64,000 nt of DNA, taken from assembly GCF_009834535.1 (NCBI RefSeq), contig NC_045697.1, positions 65,474,001-65,538,000 on the forward strand, in the 5' to 3' direction. Source of the stretch: Camelus ferus. Taxonomy: Eukaryota. Below the pieces are notes generated by a model. It made no database searches and was not told the DNA's origin. It saw only the letters and a list, made by a program, of their open reading frames with translations. The translations under genes and the position numbers were made by a program. This document shows positions 25,624 through 38,700 of this stretch, piece after piece (position 1 is the stretch's first letter; each line of letters opens with the position of its first letter).

Positions 25624-27214
25624 TGAGCCTTGCACTTTTGGCTTCTAGAGGTTACTTATCTTTCATTGCTTTATGTTTTATTAACTGATGTCATAATCTT
25701 AAAAGAGCTTTTTAACAAATCCTGACAATGCATTCTAAGATACTTTTACTGGTCATATTTTCCAGCCTTTAATTTATATGGATCAGAATCAGATTTCTAT
25801 GGGCTTTTCCTTTCATTACAGTACTTTTTTTCATAACTTTCTTGGACATTTTAGGCCAGATTTCCATCCTTCAACAGTTTCCTACACAAGATAAAGTTAT
25901 CTCTCAGGCGTTTTCTCACTGAAACCCTGTAGTCTACATAAGCTAAGATAACCGTGCCAAACAAGGGTAGATTTGACCAAATGTAGTACATTCAGTAACA
26001 CTAAAACATTAGCAGACTAAGACAGTACTTTTCTAGGAAGGACATACTTCAAAGGAAAGATCATCTGATTGATTAATAAGTATTTATGGAGTATCTACTC
26101 TGTTCAAGCCCAGTGCTGATTACTGGGGACACTGATGATTAAAATAGACATAGGATTCTGTCTTAAAAGAGCTTATCATCGAGTGATTCTGTGGATATTA
26201 AATGGGATTATCCATGTGAAACATTTATTACAATTCCATTTACTTGTTAGAAAAATAAATAGTAACCATTATCATTTTATACATTATTATTATTATCTCT
26301 CAAAATAAACATAAAAAATAAGATGCTAATAGAAATCTTCTTAAACAGTAAAACACTCAAATGGGTACTGTCTAAATGGCCATAGAGCATGAAGATATGC
26401 ACACCCCTTGCCTGTTTCAATGTGTCTAACCTTGTGCTACTTTGTGGTATGTTTCAAAACCTAATAGTCCATAGTTATGAACTTCAGTTTTCTTCAGAAA
26501 AGCCCACTTGTTTTTAAATTTGAAAAAAATCTTTCTTATAGGCTTAAAAACTTGCAAAATTAGTAAATAGAAGAAGCAGTCTTTTTTGAGCCATTGATGC
26601 TAATTGAATGTTTATCAAGGTTTATTACAGCAATGGCTGCCATTTGTACATTGTTTAATATAAATTAAGTAAACAACATAATTTCCTTGTCTAAAAGAAG
26701 GATCTATGATATTCTCTATAAAAGGAAATTCAGATGCATTATCTACCCTCCCTTTTTGGTGTCTATAATTTATTTTTAGTCATTGTTGTAATAAGATTTT
26801 CACTGGCAAATGATTATATTATGAATATTTCATAACTTAATTGTGAAGGTGCTTCTGTATGTACCCAAAGGTGTGGCTATGCATTTGCACTAACGTGCCA
26901 ATATGTTTTAAAAAGACAGACATTTACAGCGCAGTAAACTGTAACAGTCTCTTCTCTAATGATTAACATGGAAACTCAGGTGAAAACAGCAATAAAAGGC
27001 AACATCTGTGCTTTGCTTTTGTCTTTGACATTCATATTTTAGGGTAAAATAAACTCATTTAGCCCTTAAACAAATATTTATTTAGTGCTTACTATATGAT
27101 AGACTTAGTAACGGACATAAGATAAATAACACATGTGAATAACACATTGTTCATGTTACATGCATATTCATACCTCACAGCATGCACGGAATCTTGTTGG
27201 AGGATGCACAGATA

Positions 27215-27455
27215 ATGGAGCAGCTACAGTTTGTTATTCACTGACTCTGTGCAAGATACTCTACCGAGTCGTTTTCATGTATTATCTTATTCAGTCCTCG
27301 CAGTGTTTCCAATACATAGATAGTATTCTGATTCCAAGAATTTGGTTAAAGAATACAGAAGTTGGAAAAAATGTGGAAGATTATACAGATAGTAAGTAGC
27401 AGAGAGAATTGGGATTCTAATCCAGAAAGTCTGACGCCAGATCTCTTAACCGCTT
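27215..27455 (-). mobile_element. MIR SINE
   Basis: ttcatgtattatcttattcagtcctc ... gggattctaatccagaaagtctgacgccagatctcttaacc. Confidence 0.7.
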
Positions 27456-29136
27456 CCTTGTTGACATTATATTATACTCTCTCTACTCCTACTGTTACAA
27501 GCGTGCAAACTGGGGTGTCTATAGGATTTAATTGACTTGAGAGTTGGAAATGCTTGCGAGTGAGTAAGATGAAAGTGAGGTTTTGTTTTGTTTGGTTTGG
27601 TTTGGTTTGGTGGAGGTGGAATCTTCATAGGGCCAGTTACTTTACACTCATTTCCAAGCTGAACATAATGATTGCTATTTTGTGCATGAAATGGTATTGC
27701 TTCACACAGTGTTGATGCCTGCGTGCCCCAGTCTCACCTTCATGGCTCATGATGGGCTGTTTCCTGCAAGCTTAGCCCTGCACAAATCCTAAATATGATT
27801 AGTGAGTGGAGATACAGAAACAGTCTGTTTCCCTTAAGTCTTCTGTGATGCAAACTGGATTTATCAGTTGGGTGCCCAGTTGACACTTATTACACTCCCA
27901 GAATATACACCCATTGTACTTAATTTTCAGGGTTCCTGGTTCTTCCTGTAATTCTTAACGGAATGGAAACCAGCCATGAGTTTCTTATTTATTTCCTACA
28001 TGCACCTTTCCAGGTCTAGCTCTTACTTACATGGCCTTGCAAGCCTCTTCCACCCAACGGTGAGACTCATTCTTCCCTAATTAGTTCTTATAAAACACTG
28101 TAAGGTATGCACTGATTGCATTAAAGAATGAAAGTAGGACTCAAAAGAATTAACTGAATTTCCACGCCCATATAACTCAGAAGAGATAAGTTTCAAGCCC
28201 AAAGGGACTATGTCCTTAGCCACTTTGATATTCTGTCTTTGGGATCAGAATGAATTCATGTTAGGTTTAAATATGTTATAACTATTGAGATTGCAAATGT
28301 TATTGGATTAGTAACTTAGGAACATTTTTCTAAATGGCATCACATAAGGATAACTTTATATTCAACTATCACCAAGCCATATAAGTGTCTTAGAAATAGA
28401 GGAAAAGAAAGAATGAGAATAAAATTCCCTCTGCTAAACTCTGTTTCTACAGTTGGAGACAGATATAGTCTACTGATCTCTACTTCTTTTCAGCTGGGCC
28501 TAGTGTCTTACTACAAGTCACTTATTAAGATTATTGTTTTCCTTTTCACTCTTTTAGTTGTACAAGTATGGATAGCCATAAATGACCATTTATGTCATTA
28601 ATTTTTTCATGGTAATTCACAAAACATTAACTGAGTTGTAAATATCTTCAGAATAATTATGAATACTTAAGAAAATAAAATGGAAGGAAGTTGGCAACAA
28701 TTGGAAAGAAGGGCTTGAGAAGCTATACTGTAAGAAGGAGCGCAAGATATCTGAAAAACATAAACTGGCATTTAGAAAGCGTTCACTGATAAATGTCTTA
28801 TTTTCTTGATTTGGTTTTGCTTAAAACAGAAACATGCCTTCTCTAATGAAACATGAAGTCATTCATAAATTCTTTTGAGAGATATTTATTGAGTGCCTTG
28901 CCTAGGTGCTTGGGGTACATGCAATACAAATGAAGATACTTTCTTTTGGAAGTTTCATTCTAGTGGGACATCTTCTAAATATCTAAGAATATTTTTTTTA
29001 AAAAATGCAATGCTGTTGTTCTATATTAAATATACAATACAGTATTCCTTTGCCTAAAACCACCAGAAGAATACTTACATAGCTTTGTATACACATATGA
29101 TTGGAAATTGATGGTAAAGCTGTGGTGATGGCTTTT

Positions 29137-29299
29137 CTATATTTTAAAAATTCAAAATTTTTCACATTTTAATATCTCTGAATCAGGATGCATCTTTCAA
29201 TTGATTCTTCTTGCAATTAAAATTGGCAGCATACTTCATTAGTGGTAAAACAATTGTGCATCTTACAATTGAAAACAGTTTAGATTAAATAATATATGG
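29137..29299. mobile_element. MER104-like TcMar-Tc2 non-autonomous DNA transposon
   Basis: ttcacattttaatatctctgaatcaggatgcatctttcaattga ... gtgcatcttacaattga ... ttagattaaataatatatgg resembles the recalled MER104 consensus. Confidence 0.55.
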
Positions 29300-30360
29300 A
29301 TGACATCTTTAGAAAATTAATTAGGCTAATGGATATTCCTGGAAAGTTAAATTCAACAAAACTAGGCAAGAAGCCATCATAAACAGTGAGGCTATTTTAA
29401 AGAATACCTCTGAAAGTAAAGAAATAACAGTAGGAAATGAAGCCAATTTTAAAAATAGGACAGTAATAGCAATGAAAAAAATTATTGTCTGAACTAAAAC
29501 TGTCACTAGACTCATAGAAAAATAAATGTAGAAAATAACACCAAGGCAGCTTATATTAAAACAATACCACATAAAGCAAAGTCCAAACTATGTGTTAAGA
29601 GAGGTGAATTTCCCCGAGCAAATCACTATGGGAAAGGTGTATCAGACAGATGCCTACTATCATTTTAATAGTAATTTCATTTTCTTAAAATATTTTCCTA
29701 TTATCAGTCTCACCTCTTGGAATTATTTTTAGCAGGAATTATTTCCCTGTGAACATGTAGATGTTATCTGAGATCAGGGAAAGGTGAAATAGTTTTTTAT
29801 AGTACACCCTAAACTATTAGCTTTGACTCAGGAGCTATTTATTGAGCATCTATTGTAAGCTAAGCATTGCACTAAGTCCCCGAGAGGCAAAGATAAATGT
29901 GATATAGTCTCTGCTTTCAAGGAGTTCCACATAAAGCATTTTATCAAAATGATTAAGTTCTCTATCAGAAAATAGGATCTGTTTGTGAAGGACTCAGAAT
30001 TAAATACATTTTGAAGAGGCTGGCAAGGAATGATAAAGTTGAGAGAGAGAGAGAAAGTGAGAGAGAGAGAAACAGATGTCACAGTCTTTATGACCTAATT
30101 TCAACAGCAATGTCCAGGACCAGGTTCATGGTTTACAGGACAATTTTAATTCCTCATTTCGCTGTGCTCTTTCATTTAGAACTCTTTATAACTATCTTTA
30201 TTCTGTAATAATCTCATTAGTGTTAGGCTCATCCTCTAAACTATGTACCAGTAAAATGCAAGTTGGTTTTCACATACAATGCCACAATGGTGGGTATGTA
30301 GAAGCAGGTCAGTAAATATTTGTTGAGTGAACAAATTAAAATATTCTGATAGCCTGAAGA

Positions 30361-30398
<38 letters not shown>

Positions 30399-30452
30399 AA
30401 GAAAGGCGGGAGTTAGGAAGGAAGGAAGGAAGGAAGGAAGGAAAGAAGGAAA
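30361..30452. repeat. Compound microsatellite (TG)8(AG)10 ... (AGGA)7
   Basis: Read directly: TG run 30361-30376, AG run 30377-30396, AGGA run 30415-30442. Confidence 0.95.
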
Positions 30453-32139
30453 CAAGAAATTCTATATGTCATTACAAAAATAAGGAATTGATACAAGACT
30501 ATGCTTGAATGAGTAGTCCTAGGATTCCTAATTTTTTATTTTCTATCAAGTCTAAATTTCCCAGAGAAATGACAAAGGATTATACTATTTTTAAATCTTT
30601 TGACATAGTTGGTACTAAGAAATGACTCACATGCTTTTAAGGTAAAGAAGCAGAAAGTTTTAGTTAAAAACATCAAGAATCGTTCATATGAAATAGCATG
30701 TTCACATTTGATGAGACATTACAAATAATTTAGAAGCATTTAATATTCTCTGGATCTTAGAGGAACTCACTGTTTGGCCTTTGTTCCACAATATTTTTGT
30801 TTCCATGTGGACTGATATTTTATAATTTATGTTCCGATGAATTATGTCATTGTAAGATCAAGCAGTGTACTCAGCTTCTTCTGAATGTACTATTTAACAA
30901 AAGAGTAAATAACATGCAGTAATTTTTCTTATTGGAAGTGCTTCAGTCTATTTCATTGCCTTTTCTCCACCTACTCTTCTCTCCCCAGTATACTCATACT
31001 AAAAGCCACTTGGCATATACTGCGGATTACTGGATTTATAGTCAAAAGATATCAGCTCAAGTTCCACCTTTTCTACTTAATAGATTATTGAACTTATGGA
31101 AGCCAAGGAGCTATTCTGAACCTTGATTTTTCTGCCTGTAAAAGAGGAATAATAAAACTGGCCACACAGGGTTATTATGAGAGTAAATTGGTTAAGTATG
31201 TGAAAGCAGTTAGTAAAGTGCTGAGTATTTCTGAATATAAGATGTTATATCTCTGCAGTGGAAAATGCTGTGTAAAAAAAAAAAAGAAAAAAATAAGTAT
31301 GAGTGATCATGAAGGCATAATTAATCATTGTCATCAATCTTTAGATTTTTGTGGAAAATTATTTAAAGGACCCTAAGGCAGACAAGGAAAACATCAACTG
31401 CAGAGTCATGACTTTTAGTCCCACTCACTGTTACTTTAATTTGAAAATCTGCTAATGAGAATAACAACTCTCCTGCCAGTGAAGATGGTGCTTCTTAGAG
31501 GAAAAATGAACACAAATAATTGTTACCAAAAAGAAAACACCCAAATTATAAACTGTACAAATCTTTAAAAGTCTGTGTGTCAGTTACATTGTCTCGCAGA
31601 GATCGTGTTTGGTTTCAGGCTAACTTTAAATAGGCTCTATGTGTTAATATATAACTAAGAAAATTCTCTAAGAATAGCCCGGAAATGTCACTGTGCTTAA
31701 TTTTTTGCTAAGGACATTTTCCGAGTTTTTGCTACTTGAAGACCTCCAGCATTTGGAATCCCCACGGAGGTTTAAGCTTTCCTGAGGTCTCAGCCTTTGA
31801 GCCTCCTGAGTCTAGAGGCAAAGTTAGGGGCAAGAGGAGTGAGCTTGGTAAGAGGCTCTCCTGTGCAGGCACTCACAGCAAGGAGATGGGAAGGGAGTCG
31901 ATGGCCATCTCTTACAGCTCCCGCAGCCATGTCTGAAGAGGGCTCCTTGTGAGTGTTAATAAACCGTACAGTTTGGTCCAATGCTCCAGGCAAAAATGTC
32001 GTCTCTGGCTGAGGAAATTTCCAGTGGATACTATATAAAATAAACTGAAAGTCTCAGTAAAATATAGTAAGTGCCATGTAGTAACTACTACATTGGAAGT
32101 ACACAGTATAACATTGAGGTTAAGAACACCGTCCCTGGA

Positions 32140-35100
32140 GGAGTTCCACTTCTGAGATGGGAGTTTGAGGGGTTTCACAGACACACTCCCCAGCAAAATG
32201 AGCCACACTGCAAAGAAAACTGAATAAATATATAAAACAATAAAACAAAACCATTTAAAGTCCTTGGAAATTTCCAAGGGCATACAGGAGATGAAGTAAC
32301 ACTTATTCAAGAAAATCTACTAAAGCTTAGTAAAGACAGTAAGATTCTATGACATCTCAGCCTCTCCTGCTCCTTCTCTTCCACCTCACTCCCTGCCCTG
32401 CTCAGCCTGGTGGAAGCTCCACTCCAAGCAGGTTTGGCCAAGAAGACAAGGCTTCCTCTCCCTGAAAAATTCCCAATTAAGGGTTATCTCACTTGGAGGC
32501 TGTTTGTATTTTTCATACATCCAACTGCAATGTGAAAAGTCTAAATTTCTAGTGAATGTGATCAAGAGTTTGTGGGCTCCATTTCTCCACCCGGCTCTGA
32601 CTCATAAGATGCAGTCTTCATGCCAGGAGTGGCAGGCCTAGAATACTGGAACCTTGATTGCCATCACTCCAGCTTACTCCAAGGGCAGAGGTTCCAAGCC
32701 AACTGAAGTAAGTGGAGAAGACCAGAAGCTGCCACCCAACTCAGTACCCAGGGTAGTAGCAGAGATTTTGTCCAGGGGAGAAGCAGTCCACAAGAAAAGA
32801 GAGCACTTAAGCATTCTCTAGTTATTTGAATCAGATCATGAGGAAGTTCAAGTCTATGGCTCCTCTTAATTAAAAGCAGCAAGTAAATCATAAGCCAGAT
32901 AATTCACCAGAGTAAACCAGAAAATGAGATAGCTAAGAATATCCCTTCTGAGATCAGAATAAATTTTAAAGCTTAATCACAAAAATGACCCCTACCAAAA
33001 TTTATTTTCTTCAAACTATGAGGAAATCCAGGACATTGCTGAAAGCAGTAGAGCAATCAACCAGTAATTAGTGGAGCTTAGGCCTTAGTGACTATAATGA
33101 ATATGACACAATATGAATATGGATACAAACATCCTCTACAAAATGCTAGTAAACTGAATCTGGCAACATATAAAGGGGACTATTCACCATAATCAAGTAA
33201 AATTTATCCCAGGAGTACAAGTTTGTCTCAACTTATGAAAATCAATGTCAGATACCATATTAATAAATAAAGGAATAAACCTAAATGATCATCTCAGTAG
33301 ATGTAGGAAAAGCATTTAATAAAAATCTAATGCCCTTTCATGATTAAAAAAAAACAACAGTCAACAGTCTAGTAATGGAAGGAAAGAAATTTCCTAAACT
33401 TGAAAAAAAGCGTCTATAAACCCACAGCTAAGATCACATTAATGGTGAAGTGCTGAACACCCCCTCGAGTTCCCTGCAGTCAGTGACAAGGCGGAGATGT
33501 CAGTTCTCACTGTTTCTGTTCAACATTGTGCTGGAGGTTCTAGGCAGCCCAATTAGGCAAGGAAATTAAATAAAAGGAATGAGGTTAGAAAGGAAGAAGT
33601 AAAACTACCTCTATTTTCAGGTGACATGGTCTTACATATAGAAAACTCTAAAGAGGACACACACAGAGACTAATAGAGTTAGTAACTGGGTTCAGCTGGT
33701 TTGCAGAGTACAAGATCAATTTGCAAAAATCAATTTTATTCTGTGCACTAGCAATGAAATGTCCAAAAAGTAAATTAATAAAGCATTAGTAAAGCATTTT
33801 CATTTAAATATATCAAAAAGAATAAAATAATTAAGAAAAAGCTTAACAGAACAACTGCAACATTTGTACACTGAATGCTACAAAATTTTGTTGAAAGAAA
33901 TTGAAAAACCCTAAATATATGGAGGGATATCCTGTAGTCATGGACTGGAAGACTCAGTATTGTTAACATGGCATTATTCTCCAAACAGATCTACAGATTC
34001 AATGAAATCTCTATCAAAATTCTTCTTGTGTGTGTTTTTTTTTTTTACCATAATAGACCAGCAGAATCTAAAATTCACATGGAAATGGAAGAGAATCAGA
34101 ATAGGGAGAAAAAATAAAGAGAAAAAAAAAAACAAAAACAAGCACAATTGGAAGATGCACATGTCTTAATTTTAAAACTTACTAGAAGGCTACAGTAATC
34201 ATACTTGTTTAGGATAGACATTTAGATCAGTAGAGTAGAACTGAGAATCCAGAATTAACCCATTTTTCTGTGGGTGTCAAGGTCATTCAGTAAGGGAAAG
34301 AATAGTATTTTCAACTGGATATCCACATGTAAAAGAATGAATCTAGACTCTCACTTAAAATCATGTACAAAAATTAACTCAAAATGTATCACAGACTGAA
34401 ATGTTCAAGCTAAAACTATAAAACTCTTAAAAGAGATCATTATATATAGATATTTGTGACTTTATTTTGGCAATAGATTCTTAGATATGACACTCAAAGC
34501 ACAAAAAAACAAAAATATAGGTAAATTAGATTTCATCAACTTGAAAAGTGTCTATGTCTCAAAGGACAGAATCCAAAAAAATTAGAAGACAACCCACTAC
34601 ATGATAGAATATATTTGCAATTATGTGTCTGATAAGGGACTTGTATTTAGTATATATAAAGAATAAAATTATAACAACAACTCAGTGTGAAAAAGAAAAA
34701 TAAACTAATTAAAAATGGGCAAAGGATCTGATCAGTTTTTCATAGAAGATGTATAAATGGTCAATAAGCATATTAAAAGATTCTCAACACCATTTGCCGT
34801 CATGGAAACACAAATCAAAATCACAATGGACTACCACTTCACAATCACTGGTATGGCTATAAATCAAAAGGACAGATATGTTGGCAAAATTGTGGAGAAA
34901 TGAGAACCTTTATATGTAACTGATGGGAATGTAAAATAGTACACCTGCTTTGGAAAACTGTCTGGCAGTTTCTCAAATGATAAAACACAGACTTTACTGT
35001 ATGACTCAGAAATTCCACTCTAGGTATACTCCCAGGAGAAATGAAAATGCATGCCCATACAAAAACTTGTACACAAATGTTCATAGAACCTTTATTGATA

Positions 35101-35550
35101 ACAGCCCAAAATGGAAACAACCCAAATGTATATCAACTGATGAATGGATAGAAAAGAGTGGTATACCAATAAAATGGAATATTATTTGTCGATAAAATAA
35201 AATGAAGCACTGATAACATGGTACATGGATGGACCTCAAAAACATGCTAAGTGAAAGAAGCCAGTTACAATAGATCACATCTTATATGATTCCACATATA
35301 TAAAATGTCAGGAATACGCAAGTGTATAGGGACAAAAAGTAGGTTGGTAGTTGTCTAAACCTGGGAGAGATTAGGGGACTGAGAAATGATGACCAGTGGG
35401 AACTGGATTTCTTAAGGGGTTATAATATTTTAAAACTGATTGCAGTGATAGTAACATGTCTGCAAATGTACTAAAGCCATTGAATTGTACACTTTGAATG
35501 GATGAATTATATGGTATGTAAATTATATCTCAATGAAGCTATTTTAAAAA
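32140..35550 (+). mobile_element. Ancient L1 (L1MB-like), 5' UTR-like segment joined to the RT/C-terminal part of ORF2 and 3' UTR, inserted into a MIR
   Basis: Degenerate ORF2 from about 33110 (aaacatcctctacaaaatgctagtaaactgaatc..., atcatctcagtagatgtaggaaaagcattt); L1MB-type 3' end (cattgaattgtacactttgaatggatgaattatatggtatgtaaattatatctcaat); degenerate TSD AAGAACACCGTCCCTGGA 32122-32139 / AAGAACAGAGTCTGGA 35551-35566. Confidence 0.8.
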
Positions 35551-35790
35551 AAGAACAGAGTCTGGAACCAGTTTATATTTAAATACCCAGGTCTCCTCCT
35601 ACCTGTGAATTGAGGCCAAGTATTTAAACCCTCTATGATTCTGTTTCCTCATCTGTAAAGTAGAGATAACAATATTAGCTATCTCAAAGATCTGTTATGA
35701 ATATTAAGGAAACTAGTACATGCAAAGAACAAAGGACTTCTAACAGAGCCTGGAACATAGGAAGTGCTATGTAGGTGTTCATGCTTATGA
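35551..35790 (+). mobile_element. MIR SINE (body; its head lies at about 32105-32139)
   Basis: ctgtttcctcatctgtaaagtagagataacaat ... taacagagcctggaacataggaagtgct. Confidence 0.75.
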
Positions 35791-38700
35791 TGCAGAGTGT
35801 TAAGGGAGAACATAAAAGAAGCATCTATCTCATGGGTAGAGCAGTAGAAAGGGCTTAAAGGATCACATAGATTGCTTTTGAATAGACAGGGATTATCAAG
35901 GCATAGATAAAAGGGAAGGAATATCCCACAATGTAAAGAGTACATGCAAAAGTCTGCAGACATCACAAATTTAAAGTATACTATAAGTAAATTAGAATAT
36001 CACCTGAGGTAAATGAAATTGAAATGTAGGAAATCTCAGCAGCCTGTGTATAAGATGTTCTTTTTTAAGAGCTCCTTTAGAGACAATTCAATTAGAAATT
36101 CGTCTGTGAACATGAGGTTAGCATTACATAATTTAGATAATACATATCAACAAGGTAAAATTACCATTGTTGCAACTCTGATCTACCCTGCAGGTTAGGT
36201 AAAATGGTTCTCATTTGTATTATGGAAACAGTGTAATCAGTCGATATAGCTCTGTATGATGTACAGATTTTGTTTTCTCTTCTGATGATTGTACCCATCT
36301 TATCTGAGAGAAAAAGGGGAAAATGTGATTTTTATAAACAGACACTTGAGGAAAACTGGCCTATGCAAACAGTAATTTGTAGCAACACAGGAACATGTGT
36401 TCACTTCAATGCTGAGTGAATAAAATCATCGTGAGAATTGGTGCATAACGATGACTTGACGATTTCTTATTCTTTCCCATCACACCAATTCTTAAGATGA
36501 TAGCTGTCATGTAGATATGTGAGTATCACTATTGCACTGAGGTAACAATACGTGACTCAACTTTTTTTCCTTTTGGAAGATGAAACCTGGATTATTAAAC
36601 TAAACAATGAATAAATAGTTCAGAGATGTGTTATATAATTTATTTTTAAAAATAGATTTACTGCTTGTCTCTAGAAATTTAGAAAGATACTGACATAAGT
36701 CATTTGCAAATTCAAAGATGTAGAAACAATAAGTCTATATTGACTTCTATAACTTCTCAATATTCCAACATATGGTATATTCCAATATATTATAATATAT
36801 TATATTTTACTTTCAGTATTGTATTATAGCACTGCAACTGCAAGCAACCCAAATGTTAAGGTGACCTTGAAGTTTTAAGGTATCTTTTGCCAACGCAGTA
36901 GTTTTGGCATAGTGACAAAAACACAAAACCAGTTCTATATACAATTCCTCAGAAATAAAAATGAGTATAAATATGAAAGATAGATGCTTCTGACATAGAT
37001 ATTACTTCTTAGAGTTACAAAGGACTATATTAATGAATTACAAACATTAAAGCTTACAGATAATGTTACTAGCCAGCATTTAGGACACACTTAACTAATA
37101 AATTTTATTCTTGATCTTTTGATCTCCTTGAAGCCCTCAAGATCATTATTTGCATTTTGTTGATATGGCTGAGACTCAGAACTAGTTAAATAACTTCAGG
37201 TTACATTTGTGGTAAAAATAAGTATTGAATTCTTGTTTGTCTGACTCCCCACCTGCCATGATGGAGGGATAAGAACTAAACTAAAACTTTCAGGTATTAG
37301 TCAACAGATGAAAAAGGACTTGGATTTCTAAGAGATTGAAACAACTAAATGATTCCAACAATAACCCCAGATCTTTGGTTGATGGCAGTTTACATACTGA
37401 AGGCACAGGCATGTAGATCCAAAAGAGACTGTCAGCTTTACTGAGCTGAGAAGTTAGAGATCAAAGTATGTGTAGGCTGAGGAGGTTGGTATTTGGAGGG
37501 ACATGTTCTGGAAAAGAGAGAGCTACCTGAAGAGAATACGTACAGAAATTAACATACAGGTCCTTTTGAGTCTTGGCTGAGTACTGGGTCGTACGTACAT
37601 ACAGAGAAACTCTACAATGCTGGGCTAAGAGTGACAAAAAGCATATCAATTTACTATTTTGTTTTTTACAAACTAGAGATATAAACCTTTATTTCACAAC
37701 TTTTTGATAATTCACTTTCTAATGAGGGACATAGTTTAAAATACTAGAGACTTTTGAGAAAGGTTTCAATTTGAGAGGATCTTACTGTACCACAACTTTA
37801 AGAAGATATATGAAAAACATTTACCTTTGAATTATGTAGTAATTAATTAATATTTAGGTGAGCAAACATATACATATAAGGTAGGATACTCCCACATATC
37901 TTGCTATTTTGGTGTTTTAAATGTTGCCCTGACCTCTCAAAAGGTTCAGCTTTTCATTAGGGCATTGCATATTCATTTGCCACCTCTAAACTCCATTAGT
38001 TTGTTGATGTTTCTGTTTTACAGCTGACATAAATTAGAGTTGAGTAAACAGATGCAAAAGAAAAAAAGTCACAGAAAGTTGTTTTTGTTTACATCTTACA
38101 AATCTTCCCAATCAGGAGGGAAAAACAATATTTTGAATTATAATGTAATAATTAGATTGCAGTTTACAAAGGAAATAAATTTTAAGAAAACCTTATATGT
38201 ATTTCCAGTCCCTGACAAAGAGCCAAGGAGTCAGATGGCTGCCTTACCAGTGAGGTAACTAGGCCTCGAGTGGCATTTGGATTCTTTCAAAGGCACAGTA
38301 ACAGGTTTTGACCAATAGGGGACCATTCATCAAATCACTATCTATTACAGTTAACAGGACTCGAGGGTAGTCTGAAGTGAGAAAAGATACCTCCAAAAAG
38401 CACCCAACATGGGAATAGCTTACTCATCTGCCAGCTTCTGGAACACAAACAGCTATTGAAATTCAGCTCCCTCTGGGGAGGTAGGAGGCAGTCAAGGAGA
38501 GAAGCACCATCCTGCTTTGGGTTCCAGAAATGGAAAAGTTGGTCAAGGAAAGGAAGGCAAACACATACTCTTTCATAATACATCCCTTGGGGTTTTTAAT
38601 GATCAGTTGAAATATACAGAGGTTTGGATTTTAAGGTGTCTTTTCACATCTTCTCCATGTAAACTGTGTACTAATTATTTTAACCTAGAAACAAAAAAGC

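Noticed and set aside
28014..28059. Cryptic 46-nt exon (cctttccAG ... ACG|GTGAGA) with an immediate stop
   Set aside because: Such site pairs are expected by chance in a 25-kb intron, and there is no supporting motif beyond the splice-like ends.
35532..35537. Loss of AATAAA in sense-oriented elements (L1MB AATGAA, MLT1C AACAAA) as selection against premature polyadenylation
   Set aside because: Old elements lose a given hexamer often by neutral decay, and other sense elements (7921, about 42075) retain AATAAA.
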